Assembly (NCBI GenBank): GCA_900316875.1
Contig: ONEP01000091.1
Location: 1-61,267 of the forward strand
Direction: 5' to 3'
DNA: 61,267 nucleotides
Source: Candidatus Ruminimicrobium bovinum
GTDB taxonomy: Bacteria > Elusimicrobiota > Endomicrobiia > Endomicrobiales > Endomicrobiaceae
Position 1 is the stretch's first letter. Each line of letters starts with the position of its first letter. The position numbers and the translations under genes were made by a program. The notes under the pieces were generated by a model, which saw nothing but the letters and a program-made list of their open reading frames with translations, searched no databases and was not told the DNA's origin. Of this stretch, positions 1 through 7,731 are shown one piece after another.

Positions 1-1
1 A

Positions 2-109
2 GCTTTGTTACAAAAGACAATTGAAATATTACCAAAGCAAGAAATAGAAAAATATTATATGAAAAGAACAAGACCAAGATTACAAAATAAACCATTAAAG
101 AAAAGATAA
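2..109 (+). CDS. 3-prime end of an unidentified ORF running off the left edge (...ALLQKTIEILPKQEIEKYYMKRTRPRLQNKPLKKR*)
   Basis: Hand translation of frame 2 is open from the window edge to TAA at 107-109. No family recognised. Confidence 0.3.
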   Translation, partial: ALLQKTIEILPKQEIEKYYMKRTRPRLQNKPLKKR

Positions 110-132
110 TAATAAAAAAATTATTATTATTC

Positions 133-161
133 TTGATTTGATATTAATTTTGTTGTATAAT
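133..161 (+). promoter_or_regulatory. Sigma70-type promoter of the first ATPase gene (TTGATT-17-TATAAT with extended TG)
   Basis: TTGATT at 133-138, a 17-nt spacer, and TGTATAAT at 154-161. GGAG RBS at 205-208 and ATG at 215. Confidence 0.5.
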
Positions 162-206
162 TTTTATTACGAAAAAGTGCGTAAATACGCATTTTTCCGT
201 AATAGG
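154..206. repeat. Copy A of a 53-nt module: extended -10 box plus a 38-nt imperfect palindrome (ATTACGAAAAAGTGCGTAAATACGCATTTTTCCGTAAT)
   Basis: Matches copy B at 1518-1570 in 47 of 53 positions by hand alignment. The palindrome is at 166-203, with core GCGTA-AA-TACGC and outer arms ATTACG/CGTAAT. Confidence 0.85.
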
Positions 207-214
207 AGTTTAAA

Positions 215-1516
215 ATGGAAATAAAAAGAGACCAGTATTTAAACAAGTTAATAGCAAGCCAAAATAACAGAATGATAAAAATTATTACCGGAATAAGACG
301 TTGCGGTAAATCTTATTTGTTGTTTAAAATTTTTAAAAATTATTTGATATCACAAGGGATAAAAAAAGAGAATATTATAACTCTTGCATTGGACGATGAA
401 AAAAATTCCCGCTATAGAGATTGTAAAGTTCTTTACGAATATCTTAGAGAAAAAATAAAAGATAAAAGAAAAAAATATTTTATTTTTTTAGATGAAATAC
501 AGCTTGCCATAACAAAAGAAGAATTGAATAAAAATTATGATAAGTATGTAAAATTATACGGCGTATTAAACGGATTGCTACATTTAGATAATGTTGATGT
601 ATATGTAACAGGCAGTAATTCAAAACTTCTATCAAAAGATGTTTTAACGGAGTTTAGAGGCAGAGGCGATGAAATAAGAGTATACCCGTTAAGTTTTGCC
701 GAATTTTATTCTGCTAAGAAAAAGAAGTTTGATGTTTACAAAGCTTGGGATGAATATTGCCTTTATGGAGGTTTGCCCGATGTTACTTTACAGGAAAATA
801 TTGAAAAAAAGTCGGACTATTTAAAATATCAGGCAACAAACATTTATCTTAACGATATTATTGAAAGATATCGTATTAAAAATAAAGATATTTTAGAAAC
901 TTTGATAGAAATTATTTCTTCAAATGTAGGCTCTCTTACTAATCCTGTAAGATTAGCCAATACTTTTAATACCGAACTGAAAATTTCAGTTACCGATAAA
1001 ACTATCAGTACATATTTAGATCATCTTGAAGATGCTTTCTTAATACAGAAAACAAAAAGATATGATGTTAAAGGTAATCGTTACATAGGAACGCCCTTAA
1101 AATATTATTATACCGATATAGGGATAAGAAATTCTTTAATAAATTTCAGACAAGATGAACAAGACCATATAATGGAAAATGTTATTTATAATGAATTAAA
1201 AATCAGAGGGTATTCCGTGGATGTCGGTATTGTTGAGATAAACGAAAAAAATAAAAAAAATATAAGTCAGCGTAAGCAGTTGGAAGTGGATTTTGTTTGT
1301 AATAAAGCAAGTAAAAGATTTTATATTCAAGCGGTATTTGCTCTTCCCACACGAGAAAAAACCGAGCAGGAAACAAAATCTTTAGTCAATATAAAAGATT
1401 CTTTCAAAAAAATAGTTGTAACAAAAATGCCATCTCCCGTATGGAGAAATAATGATGGTATATTGATAATGGATATACAAGAATTTCTATTAAATCCTAA
1501 CAGCTTAGATTTGTAA
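215..1516 (+). CDS. AAA_14/DUF4143-type ATP-binding protein (P-loop ATPase with a C-terminal restriction-endonuclease-like module)
   Basis: Walker A GIRRCGKSYLL and Walker B-like YFIFLDEIQ. The C-terminal LEVDFVCNK motif is typical of this family. ATG with GGAG RBS. Confidence 0.8.
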   Translation: MEIKRDQYLNKLIASQNNRMIKIITGIRRCGKSYLLFKIFKNYLISQGIKKENIITLALDDEKNSRYRDCKVLYEYLREKIKDKRKKYFIFLDEIQLAITKEELNKNYDKYVKLYGVLNGLLHLDNVDVYVTGSNSKLLSKDVLTEFRGRGDEIRVYPLSFAEFYSAKKKKFDVYKAWDEYCLYGGLPDVTLQENIEKKSDYLKYQATNIYLNDIIERYRIKNKDILETLIEIISSNVGSLTNPVRLANTFNTELKISVTDKTISTYLDHLEDAFLIQKTKRYDVKGNRYIGTPLKYYYTDIGIRNSLINFRQDEQDHIMENVIYNELKIRGYSVDVGIVEINEKNKKNISQRKQLEVDFVCNKASKRFYIQAVFALPTREKTEQETKSLVNIKDSFKKIVVTKMPSPVWRNNDGILIMDIQEFLLNPNSLDL

Positions 1517-1517
1517 T

Positions 1518-1570
1518 TGTATAATTTCTATTACGGGAAAGTGCGTAAATACGCATTTTATCGTAATAGA
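1518..1570. repeat. Copy B of the 53-nt extended -10 plus palindrome module, directly after the stop of the first ATPase gene
   Basis: TGTATAAT at 1518-1525 and palindrome at 1530-1567 (ATTACGGGAAAGTGCGTAAATACGCATTTTATCGTAAT). The GGAG and ATG that follow copy A are absent here. Confidence 0.85.
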
Positions 1571-1647
1571 AAAGTTGTTTTAAACACTATTTATATATGC
1601 AAATATATCGTAAAAAATAAAATAACAAAATATCTACAGATTTTATT

Positions 1648-1771
1648 ATGAAATTTAAAAATTCAATGCAGTTTAAAGCATACATTAAAAAGGTTTCAAT
1701 GCTAAAGATGTTTCATTAGTGGCACATTTGAACTAATAGAAGATATTCTATCTGCTTTATCAAATAAATAA
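1648..1771 (+). pseudogene. Decayed gene fragment, possibly the N-terminus of an AbiEii/AbiGii-type nucleotidyltransferase toxin plus a frame-shifted C-terminal scrap
   Basis: MKFKNSMQFKAYIKKVSMLKMFH* (1648-1719) recalls, from memory, the N..MQLKA.IKN start of AbiEii-family proteins. A second frame reads ...ELIEDILSALSNK* and ends at 1771. No intact ORF of 60 aa or more lies in 1574-1954. Confidence 0.25.
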
Positions 1772-1882
1772 TCAAAAAATATTAATAATAATTTATTAGT
1801 CTCGTTAAAACCTCCAACACCAAAAGTTGAACCTAAAACAACTCTAAAAAATTTTAAAAAGTTGAAAAGAATTTTTTAAAAC

Positions 1883-1930
1883 TTGACTTTACTCAATGGA
1901 TTGAGTAAAATTACTCAGTTGGCTGAGTAA
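1883..1930 (+). promoter_or_regulatory. Promoter (TTGACT-17-TAAAAT) overlapped by two tandem 20-bp palindromic operator-like sites (TTACTCA-N6-TGAGTAA, twice)
   Basis: TTGACT at 1883-1888 and TAAAAT at 1906-1911. Palindrome 1 at 1889-1908 fills the spacer. Palindrome 2 at 1911-1930 covers the predicted start site. The palindrome starts are 22 bp apart. Confidence 0.6.
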
Positions 1931-1954
1931 AATAAAATTGGAGTAAAAATAAAT

Positions 1955-3151
1955 ATGAACCGAACATATAAAAGAAACCAGTATAAATTAATTTTATCAA
2001 GACTGAAAGAGCCGAGAAAATTTATTCAAATTTTGTTCGGTGCAAGACAAGTCGGTAAAACAACTTTAATTACTCAAGTGTTGGAAGACATAAACAAAGA
2101 GTATATTTTTGTATCTGCAGATAATGAAATAAATGCAAGTTCCGTTTGGCTTACACAGCAATGGGAAACTGCAAGAATAAAATTGAAATCTTCTTCAAAA
2201 AAAGAATTGATTCTTGTAATTGATGAAATTCAAAAAATAAAAAATTGGAGTGAAGTTGTAAAAAGTCAGTGGGATTATGATACAAGAAACAAAATAAATA
2301 TTAAAGTTGTTTTGATTGGTTCTTCATCAATTCTTGTTCAAAAAGGTTTAAGTGAATCTCTTGCCGGAAGATATGAGATTATAAGAATACCACACTGGTC
2401 TTATAAAGAAATAAAATCTGCATTCGGTTTGTCTTTAGATGAATATGTTTTTTTCGGAGGATATCCCGGAAGTATAGATTTAATTAAAGATGAAAAAAGA
2501 TGGAAACAATATGTTAAAGATTCTTTAATAGAGCCCGCAATAACTAAAGATGTGTTATTAATGTCAAACATAACAAAACCGGCATTGTTAAGACAATTGT
2601 TTCAGTTAGGCAGTATTTATTCCGGACAAATTTTGTCTTATACAAAAATATTGGGACAATTACAGGATGCCGGAAACACAACAACATTAGCAAATTATCT
2701 TAATTTGTTGAATGTTGCAGGATTGTTATGTGGGTTACAAAAATACTCAAAAAATCAAATTCAAACAAAAAGCTCTATACCAAAATTTCAGGTTTATAAC
2801 AGTGCTTTGGTATCTGCATTTGAAACGGAAACTTTTAAAGAAGTAAAATCCGACTTGAACAAATGGGGAAGATATTGTGAAATTGCAGTCGGGACACACA
2901 TGTTAAATGATTGTATATGTAACGGATACAAACTTAATTATTTCAGAGAAGGAAACTACGAAGTTGATTTTGTTGTAACAAAAGATAATAAATCCGTTGG
3001 TATTGAAGTTAAAAGCGGTAGAAATACAACAAATTTATCCGGTATGGAACTTTTTAATAAGAAGTTTAAACCTTATAAAACTCTTCTTGTCGGACAAAAA
3101 GGAATAACTTTTGAAGAGTTTTTATCATTAACTGTTGCCGATTTGTTTTAA
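1955..3151 (+). CDS. AAA_14/DUF4143-type ATP-binding protein, a second and divergent paralogue
   Basis: Walker A GARQVGKTTL and Walker B ILVIDEIQ. C-terminal YEVDFVVTK...GIEVKSG nuclease-fold-like motif. GGAG RBS. Confidence 0.8.
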   Translation: MNRTYKRNQYKLILSRLKEPRKFIQILFGARQVGKTTLITQVLEDINKEYIFVSADNEINASSVWLTQQWETARIKLKSSSKKELILVIDEIQKIKNWSEVVKSQWDYDTRNKINIKVVLIGSSSILVQKGLSESLAGRYEIIRIPHWSYKEIKSAFGLSLDEYVFFGGYPGSIDLIKDEKRWKQYVKDSLIEPAITKDVLLMSNITKPALLRQLFQLGSIYSGQILSYTKILGQLQDAGNTTTLANYLNLLNVAGLLCGLQKYSKNQIQTKSSIPKFQVYNSALVSAFETETFKEVKSDLNKWGRYCEIAVGTHMLNDCICNGYKLNYFREGNYEVDFVVTKDNKSVGIEVKSGRNTTNLSGMELFNKKFKPYKTLLVGQKGITFEEFLSLTVADLF

Positions 3152-3291
3152 TTGTTTCATCAAATCTTAAATAGAAATTAAAAAATTCTAATTTTCGGAA
3201 TCCGGCAGGGAACTTTTTCGAGATAAAACAGATTTATAAAAGTAAAAATTAAAAACCATAAAACCCAATAACATTTAAATGCCTTATATTT

Positions 3292-4407
3292 TTATTTTAA
3301 ACGGGATTTTATTTCCGTTATTTTTTTATAAGCTTTTTCTATTGTTTCAGGTAAAATTTTACCGCTTTTTACGGCATTAAAAACTATATCGTTAAATTCT
3401 TTTACCATATTGTTATTGCTTTTAATATTATTTGCAAAAAGCAAAATATCGTTACCGGCATTAATTGCCGTTATTATACTGTCTTCCAAAGTATAATTAT
3501 CGGATATTGCTTTCATTTGCATATCGTCGGTAATGACAAGTCCGTCAAAACCTATTTCTTCTTTTAAAATATCGGTTATAATTTTTTTGGATAAAGTTGC
3601 AGGGTAAATTTCATCTAAATTTTCATTAAAAACATGTGCAATCATAACGGCATTTAGTAAACCTTCATCATCTAAAGCAATATACGGTTCAAGTTCAATT
3701 TTGTCCCATGTTGAAGTAATATCGGTAAATCCATTATGTGAATCGCCTATTGCACTGCCGTGTCCCGGAAAATGTTTAGTAACCGTTAAAATATTATATT
3801 TATTATGTGCTTGTATATATGCTTGTGAATGTTTTGCGACAATTTGCGGATTATCGGAAAAAGCTCTTTCCCTTTTATATATAATTGGAGAATCTTTATT
3901 TATAGCCAAATCAAGACATGGTGCAAAATTAACGTTTATACCGAATTTTTTTAAATTCTTGGCAATTTTTTTAGCTTGTTTAAATGTAAGTTTTATATTG
4001 TCTTTTTCTCCTAATTGTTTATGCGACAATACTTGTGCCTTAAAGCCCATTGAAGACGGTAACCTTGTAATTTGTCCGCCTTCTTCATCTATACAAATAA
4101 ACAATTTTTGCGGTGAAAGTTTTTTTATTTGTTTAATTAATTTTTTTAATTGTTTTGGTGATTTAATATTTTTTGTAATATCTTTTTCATTAGCTTTTAT
4201 CTTTGCACTATCTTTTAAAAAAACAACTACTCCGGAAAGTCTTTCATTTATTATATCGTCATAAATAGGATTGTCTTGTGTAATTTCGGTTCCGTTAAAA
4301 CCTACTATTATCATTTGTGCGATTTTTTTTCTTAAGTCCGTATCGGAAGCGTGTGTAACAGATATGAAACAAAACAGTAACAGAAATGTTATTAATATTT
4401 TTTTCAT
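3292..4407 (-). CDS. Exported glycoside hydrolase family 3 protein (NagZ-like beta-N-acetylhexosaminidase)
   Basis: N-terminal signal peptide, the KHFPGHG motif and VITDDMQMKA (GH3 nucleophile region). Confidence 0.85.
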   Translation of the reverse strand: MKKILITFLLLFCFISVTHASDTDLRKKIAQMIIVGFNGTEITQDNPIYDDIINERLSGVVVFLKDSAKIKANEKDITKNIKSPKQLKKLIKQIKKLSPQKLFICIDEEGGQITRLPSSMGFKAQVLSHKQLGEKDNIKLTFKQAKKIAKNLKKFGINVNFAPCLDLAINKDSPIIYKRERAFSDNPQIVAKHSQAYIQAHNKYNILTVTKHFPGHGSAIGDSHNGFTDITSTWDKIELEPYIALDDEGLLNAVMIAHVFNENLDEIYPATLSKKIITDILKEEIGFDGLVITDDMQMKAISDNYTLEDSIITAINAGNDILLFANNIKSNNNMVKEFNDIVFNAVKSGKILPETIEKAYKKITEIKSRLK

Positions 4408-4570
4408 CGGAATATTGTACCAAATTATAATCTCTTGTAAAAGGAAACTTTGCCTTTAAAACAAAACATTAATAAAGAATGTTATTTCCCGACGTATTAT
4501 ATATAAAATTTGACATAAGTATTAATTTTACCTTCTAATCTTTTGCCGTTTTTGGTATCATACTAACATT

Positions 4571-5902
4571 ATGGAAAACAAGTTGGCACAAAATTTTAAA
4601 TTTTTCGGTTTAATAAAATTTGCATTACCGACAATGATAATGGTATTTTTTGTATCGTTATATGTTATGGTTGACGGTGTATTTGTTTCCAGGTTTGTTA
4701 ACACAAGTGCATTTGCCGCAATAAATATAGTTTATCCGTTGTTCAGTTTATTGTTTGCAATATCAACCATGCTTGCTTCCGGAGGAAGTGCTTTAGTTGC
4801 AAAAAAGATGGGTGAACAAAAAAACAAACGGGCAAAACAATATTTTTCTTTAATAGTTATTTCTTCGGCAATAATCGGTTTAATTTTTGCATTAATATGT
4901 TTAATATTTATAAAACCCATACTTTATATTTTAGGTTCAAATGATTTAATTTATGAATATTGTTACGATTATATTGTTCCTATTTTAATTTTTTCACCTT
5001 TATGTATATTGCAAATGATATTTCACTCGTTTTTTATTGCGGCAGGTAAACCTAAAATTGGGCTTATTGCCACTTTTACAGGAGGAACAACAAATATAAT
5101 TTTTGACTATATTTTTATTGCCGTAATGGGTATGGGCATTTCCGGAGCAGCTTACGGAACAATTGCAGGTTTTATTGCACAAAACACAATAGGTTTTTTT
5201 TATTTTACATTTAAAAGAAAAGGCGCATTATATTTTGTTAAACCGAGTTTAAATTTGCTTGCAATTGTTAAAAGTTGTTATAACGGTATTGCGGAATTTA
5301 TAGGAAATTTATCCGTATCGGTAACTACTTTTTTGTTTAACATAGAAATGATGAAATATATCGGTGTTGACGGTGTTGCGGCAATTACAATAGTCCTTTA
5401 TGCCGAATTTATTTTAACATCAATTTTTTACGGATATTCTTCAGGAGTTGCACCGATATTCAGTTACAATTACGGAAGCAAAAACACATACCGACTAAAA
5501 AACACTTTTAAAATAAGTATGATTTTTATAATTTTATCTTCCGTTTTAATTTATTTATTTTCAATACCGGCAGCCCCTTACATAATAGATATTTTTGCAA
5601 AAGAAAATATGCATGTGTTTTATATTGCATTAAAAGGATTTTTTATTTTTGCCGTTTCGTTTTTGTTTACCGGAATAAATATTTTTTCGGCAGCAATGTT
5701 TACCGCATTTTCCAACGGAAAAATTGCTTCAATAATTATGTTCCTTAGAACTCTTGTATTTTTAAGTTTGGCAATTTTGTTATTACCTTTAATTTTGAAT
5801 ATTAACGGAATTTGGTTGGCCGTTCCGACAACAGAATTTCTTTCAATATTGGTATCAATATTTTATTTTTTAAGATACAGAAAAATATATAACTTCTGCT
5901 AA
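4571..5902 (+). CDS. MATE family efflux transporter
   Basis: About 12 hydrophobic segments. N-terminus FALPTMIMVFFVSLYVMVDGVFVSRF is typical of MATE/NorM proteins. Confidence 0.8.
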   Translation: MENKLAQNFKFFGLIKFALPTMIMVFFVSLYVMVDGVFVSRFVNTSAFAAINIVYPLFSLLFAISTMLASGGSALVAKKMGEQKNKRAKQYFSLIVISSAIIGLIFALICLIFIKPILYILGSNDLIYEYCYDYIVPILIFSPLCILQMIFHSFFIAAGKPKIGLIATFTGGTTNIIFDYIFIAVMGMGISGAAYGTIAGFIAQNTIGFFYFTFKRKGALYFVKPSLNLLAIVKSCYNGIAEFIGNLSVSVTTFLFNIEMMKYIGVDGVAAITIVLYAEFILTSIFYGYSSGVAPIFSYNYGSKNTYRLKNTFKISMIFIILSSVLIYLFSIPAAPYIIDIFAKENMHVFYIALKGFFIFAVSFLFTGINIFSAAMFTAFSNGKIASIIMFLRTLVFLSLAILLLPLILNINGIWLAVPTTEFLSILVSIFYFLRYRKIYNFC

Positions 5903-5950
5903 ATAAATTTTTATAGTAAATATTCACTGAATTTTGTAAAATATCCTTCA

Positions 5951-7723
5951 ATGAGAAAAATAAAATTTTTAATATTATCCATGTTTTTTTTCTGTTGCCT
6001 GTTTACATCAACAGGATGTTTTGCTGCTGAAAAAGAACAAATTACAATTACTATTTTAAAAGGCGACAACCTTAATAATTATAAACAACAAATATCAAAA
6101 GCTTTAAAAGAAAAACTGAATAAAGAAGTAGTAATAAAAGTTTTGAATTATGATATTTTCATGATTGATATGGATAGAGGCAACAGCGATTTTTATAAAG
6201 GGTCTCCTTTAACTTATGTTTATTCATTATCAAATACGGTTATATTAAAATCACTTTATAAAATTAATGACCAGTGGAAAACCTGTTATTTACCTGTTAT
6301 ACTTGCAAGAAAAGATAGAAATATAAACACAATACAAGATTTGCAAGGTAAAAAATTTTATTTTACAAATCAAAATTCCGCATCAGGTTATTTGTACCCG
6401 AAATTATTTTTAATTGAAAATAACATAACTATAGAAAAGGAATTTGCAAACGATAATTCACCGAGTGCAAAAGATGTTTATAATTATGTTATAAGCGGAA
6501 AATGGGATGCCTGTTGTTCTTTCTACGGACTATTTGAAAATGATCCTTTATTTAAGGATGACAGTTTAATAAGAATTATTGAATCTCCCGTATATAATGA
6601 AAATAAATGGATAAATGGCGAATTTCAAAATAAATATATGCAGACCATTAATTTTGTAAAAGAAAATTTAATGGAATTGTTTGATGATGATGATGATGAT
6701 ATTTACGGATTGTTTGAAAATACACCGTTATTTCAAGACAATTCGTTATTCCAAAATAATTCTTTAATAAAAGTTTTTGAAATAAACTCACCTATACCTA
6801 ACGACCCTTTATGGGTAAACAGGGAGTTTCAAAAAAAATATCCGGAAATCGTTAATGTTGTAAAAGAAACATTTTTGGAATTGTTTAAAGATAACGAAAC
6901 AATAAGATTTGCTCCTGCAAAAGACAGTGATTATAATTCAATAAGAAGAAAAGTAAGAATATTAGGTATCATAGAAAACAAAGATTTTATATCCGTAGAT
7001 AAATTTCTTGGCCTTTTTACAAAAAATCCGAGAATTTTGGATTTTGTTTTAAAATACAGTTTACATATTATACTTGTAAATTTAATATTCGTAGCAATTA
7101 TAATTATTATAGTTTATATAATTTTTAAAAAGACAATAGTAAAAAAATATTATTCGGAGCATAAATTATTAAACGATAAATATAACGATTTATTAAAACA
7201 TTTGAAAGAAGAAAATGATTTTAATTTAAAAATAACAAAACTTGAAAATGAAATAAAAATTGCTTTTAAGGATTTTTCTAAATTTGTGCAAGATTCAATT
7301 ATGGTTAAATATGTTGCTACCGGTGAATTTTTATATAACAAGTATAAAAACACGAATGCGATGGAACCGTCGGCAATAGCAAACTGTTATGTTAAGGCAT
7401 TTGAAAGAATTGTTATGGTTAGCGCTTACGGTTTTGAAACTTTTGAAAAGCAAGATGATATAAAAGTTCCGGACGAGCAGCAAAATATTAAAAATAAAAT
7501 AGATCCGAAAAAAATATTGGATAACGGTATCAGAGATATAAGAGAAAAAGCAAATTTGAACAACAGAGAATATAAAAGTTTACAAAAATGTAAAAGTATA
7601 AGAAACAAAGTTGCACATTTAAAACCTGTTTCAACGGAAGAAGTTGTATCCATAAGAAAAACTCTTTTGGGCGAAATTCCTTATACGAACGGAATTTTAG
7701 CAAAATTAGCACCATATCTTTAA
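5951..7723 (+). CDS. Lipoprotein-type PhnD-family substrate-binding domain, one TM helix, coiled coil and a HEPN-like C-terminal domain (fusion protein)
   Basis: Signal/lipobox FTSTGC. PhnD-type motifs FTNQNSASGYLYP and SPIPNDPLWVNREF. TM helix LHIILVNLIFVAIIIIIVYIIF. C-terminal KSIRNKVAHL (R-x4-H) at nt 7601-7618. Confidence 0.75.
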   Translation: MRKIKFLILSMFFFCCLFTSTGCFAAEKEQITITILKGDNLNNYKQQISKALKEKLNKEVVIKVLNYDIFMIDMDRGNSDFYKGSPLTYVYSLSNTVILKSLYKINDQWKTCYLPVILARKDRNINTIQDLQGKKFYFTNQNSASGYLYPKLFLIENNITIEKEFANDNSPSAKDVYNYVISGKWDACCSFYGLFENDPLFKDDSLIRIIESPVYNENKWINGEFQNKYMQTINFVKENLMELFDDDDDDIYGLFENTPLFQDNSLFQNNSLIKVFEINSPIPNDPLWVNREFQKKYPEIVNVVKETFLELFKDNETIRFAPAKDSDYNSIRRKVRILGIIENKDFISVDKFLGLFTKNPRILDFVLKYSLHIILVNLIFVAIIIIIVYIIFKKTIVKKYYSEHKLLNDKYNDLLKHLKEENDFNLKITKLENEIKIAFKDFSKFVQDSIMVKYVATGEFLYNKYKNTNAMEPSAIANCYVKAFERIVMVSAYGFETFEKQDDIKVPDEQQNIKNKIDPKKILDNGIRDIREKANLNNREYKSLQKCKSIRNKVAHLKPVSTEEVVSIRKTLLGEIPYTNGILAKLAPYL

Positions 7724-7731
7724 CGACAATC

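Noticed and set aside
154-206. The bulged 38-nt palindrome might be an integron attC site.
   Set aside because: It has no GTTRRRY/RYYYAAC core sites and there is no intI gene in the window. Its position immediately after a -10 box fits an operator or leader better.
1741-1876. An open minus-strand frame of about 55 codons in the spacer between the two ATPase genes.
   Set aside because: It has no ATG, GTG or TTG start at its 5-prime end and no RBS, and it is below the ORF-track threshold. I treated it as non-coding debris.
3701-4264. A 187-aa plus-strand ORF inside the GH3 gene.
   Set aside because: It lies wholly antisense to a well-supported GH3 gene. It has no RBS. Its Cys/Phe/Ile/Leu-rich composition is typical of accidental open frames opposite AT-rich genes.
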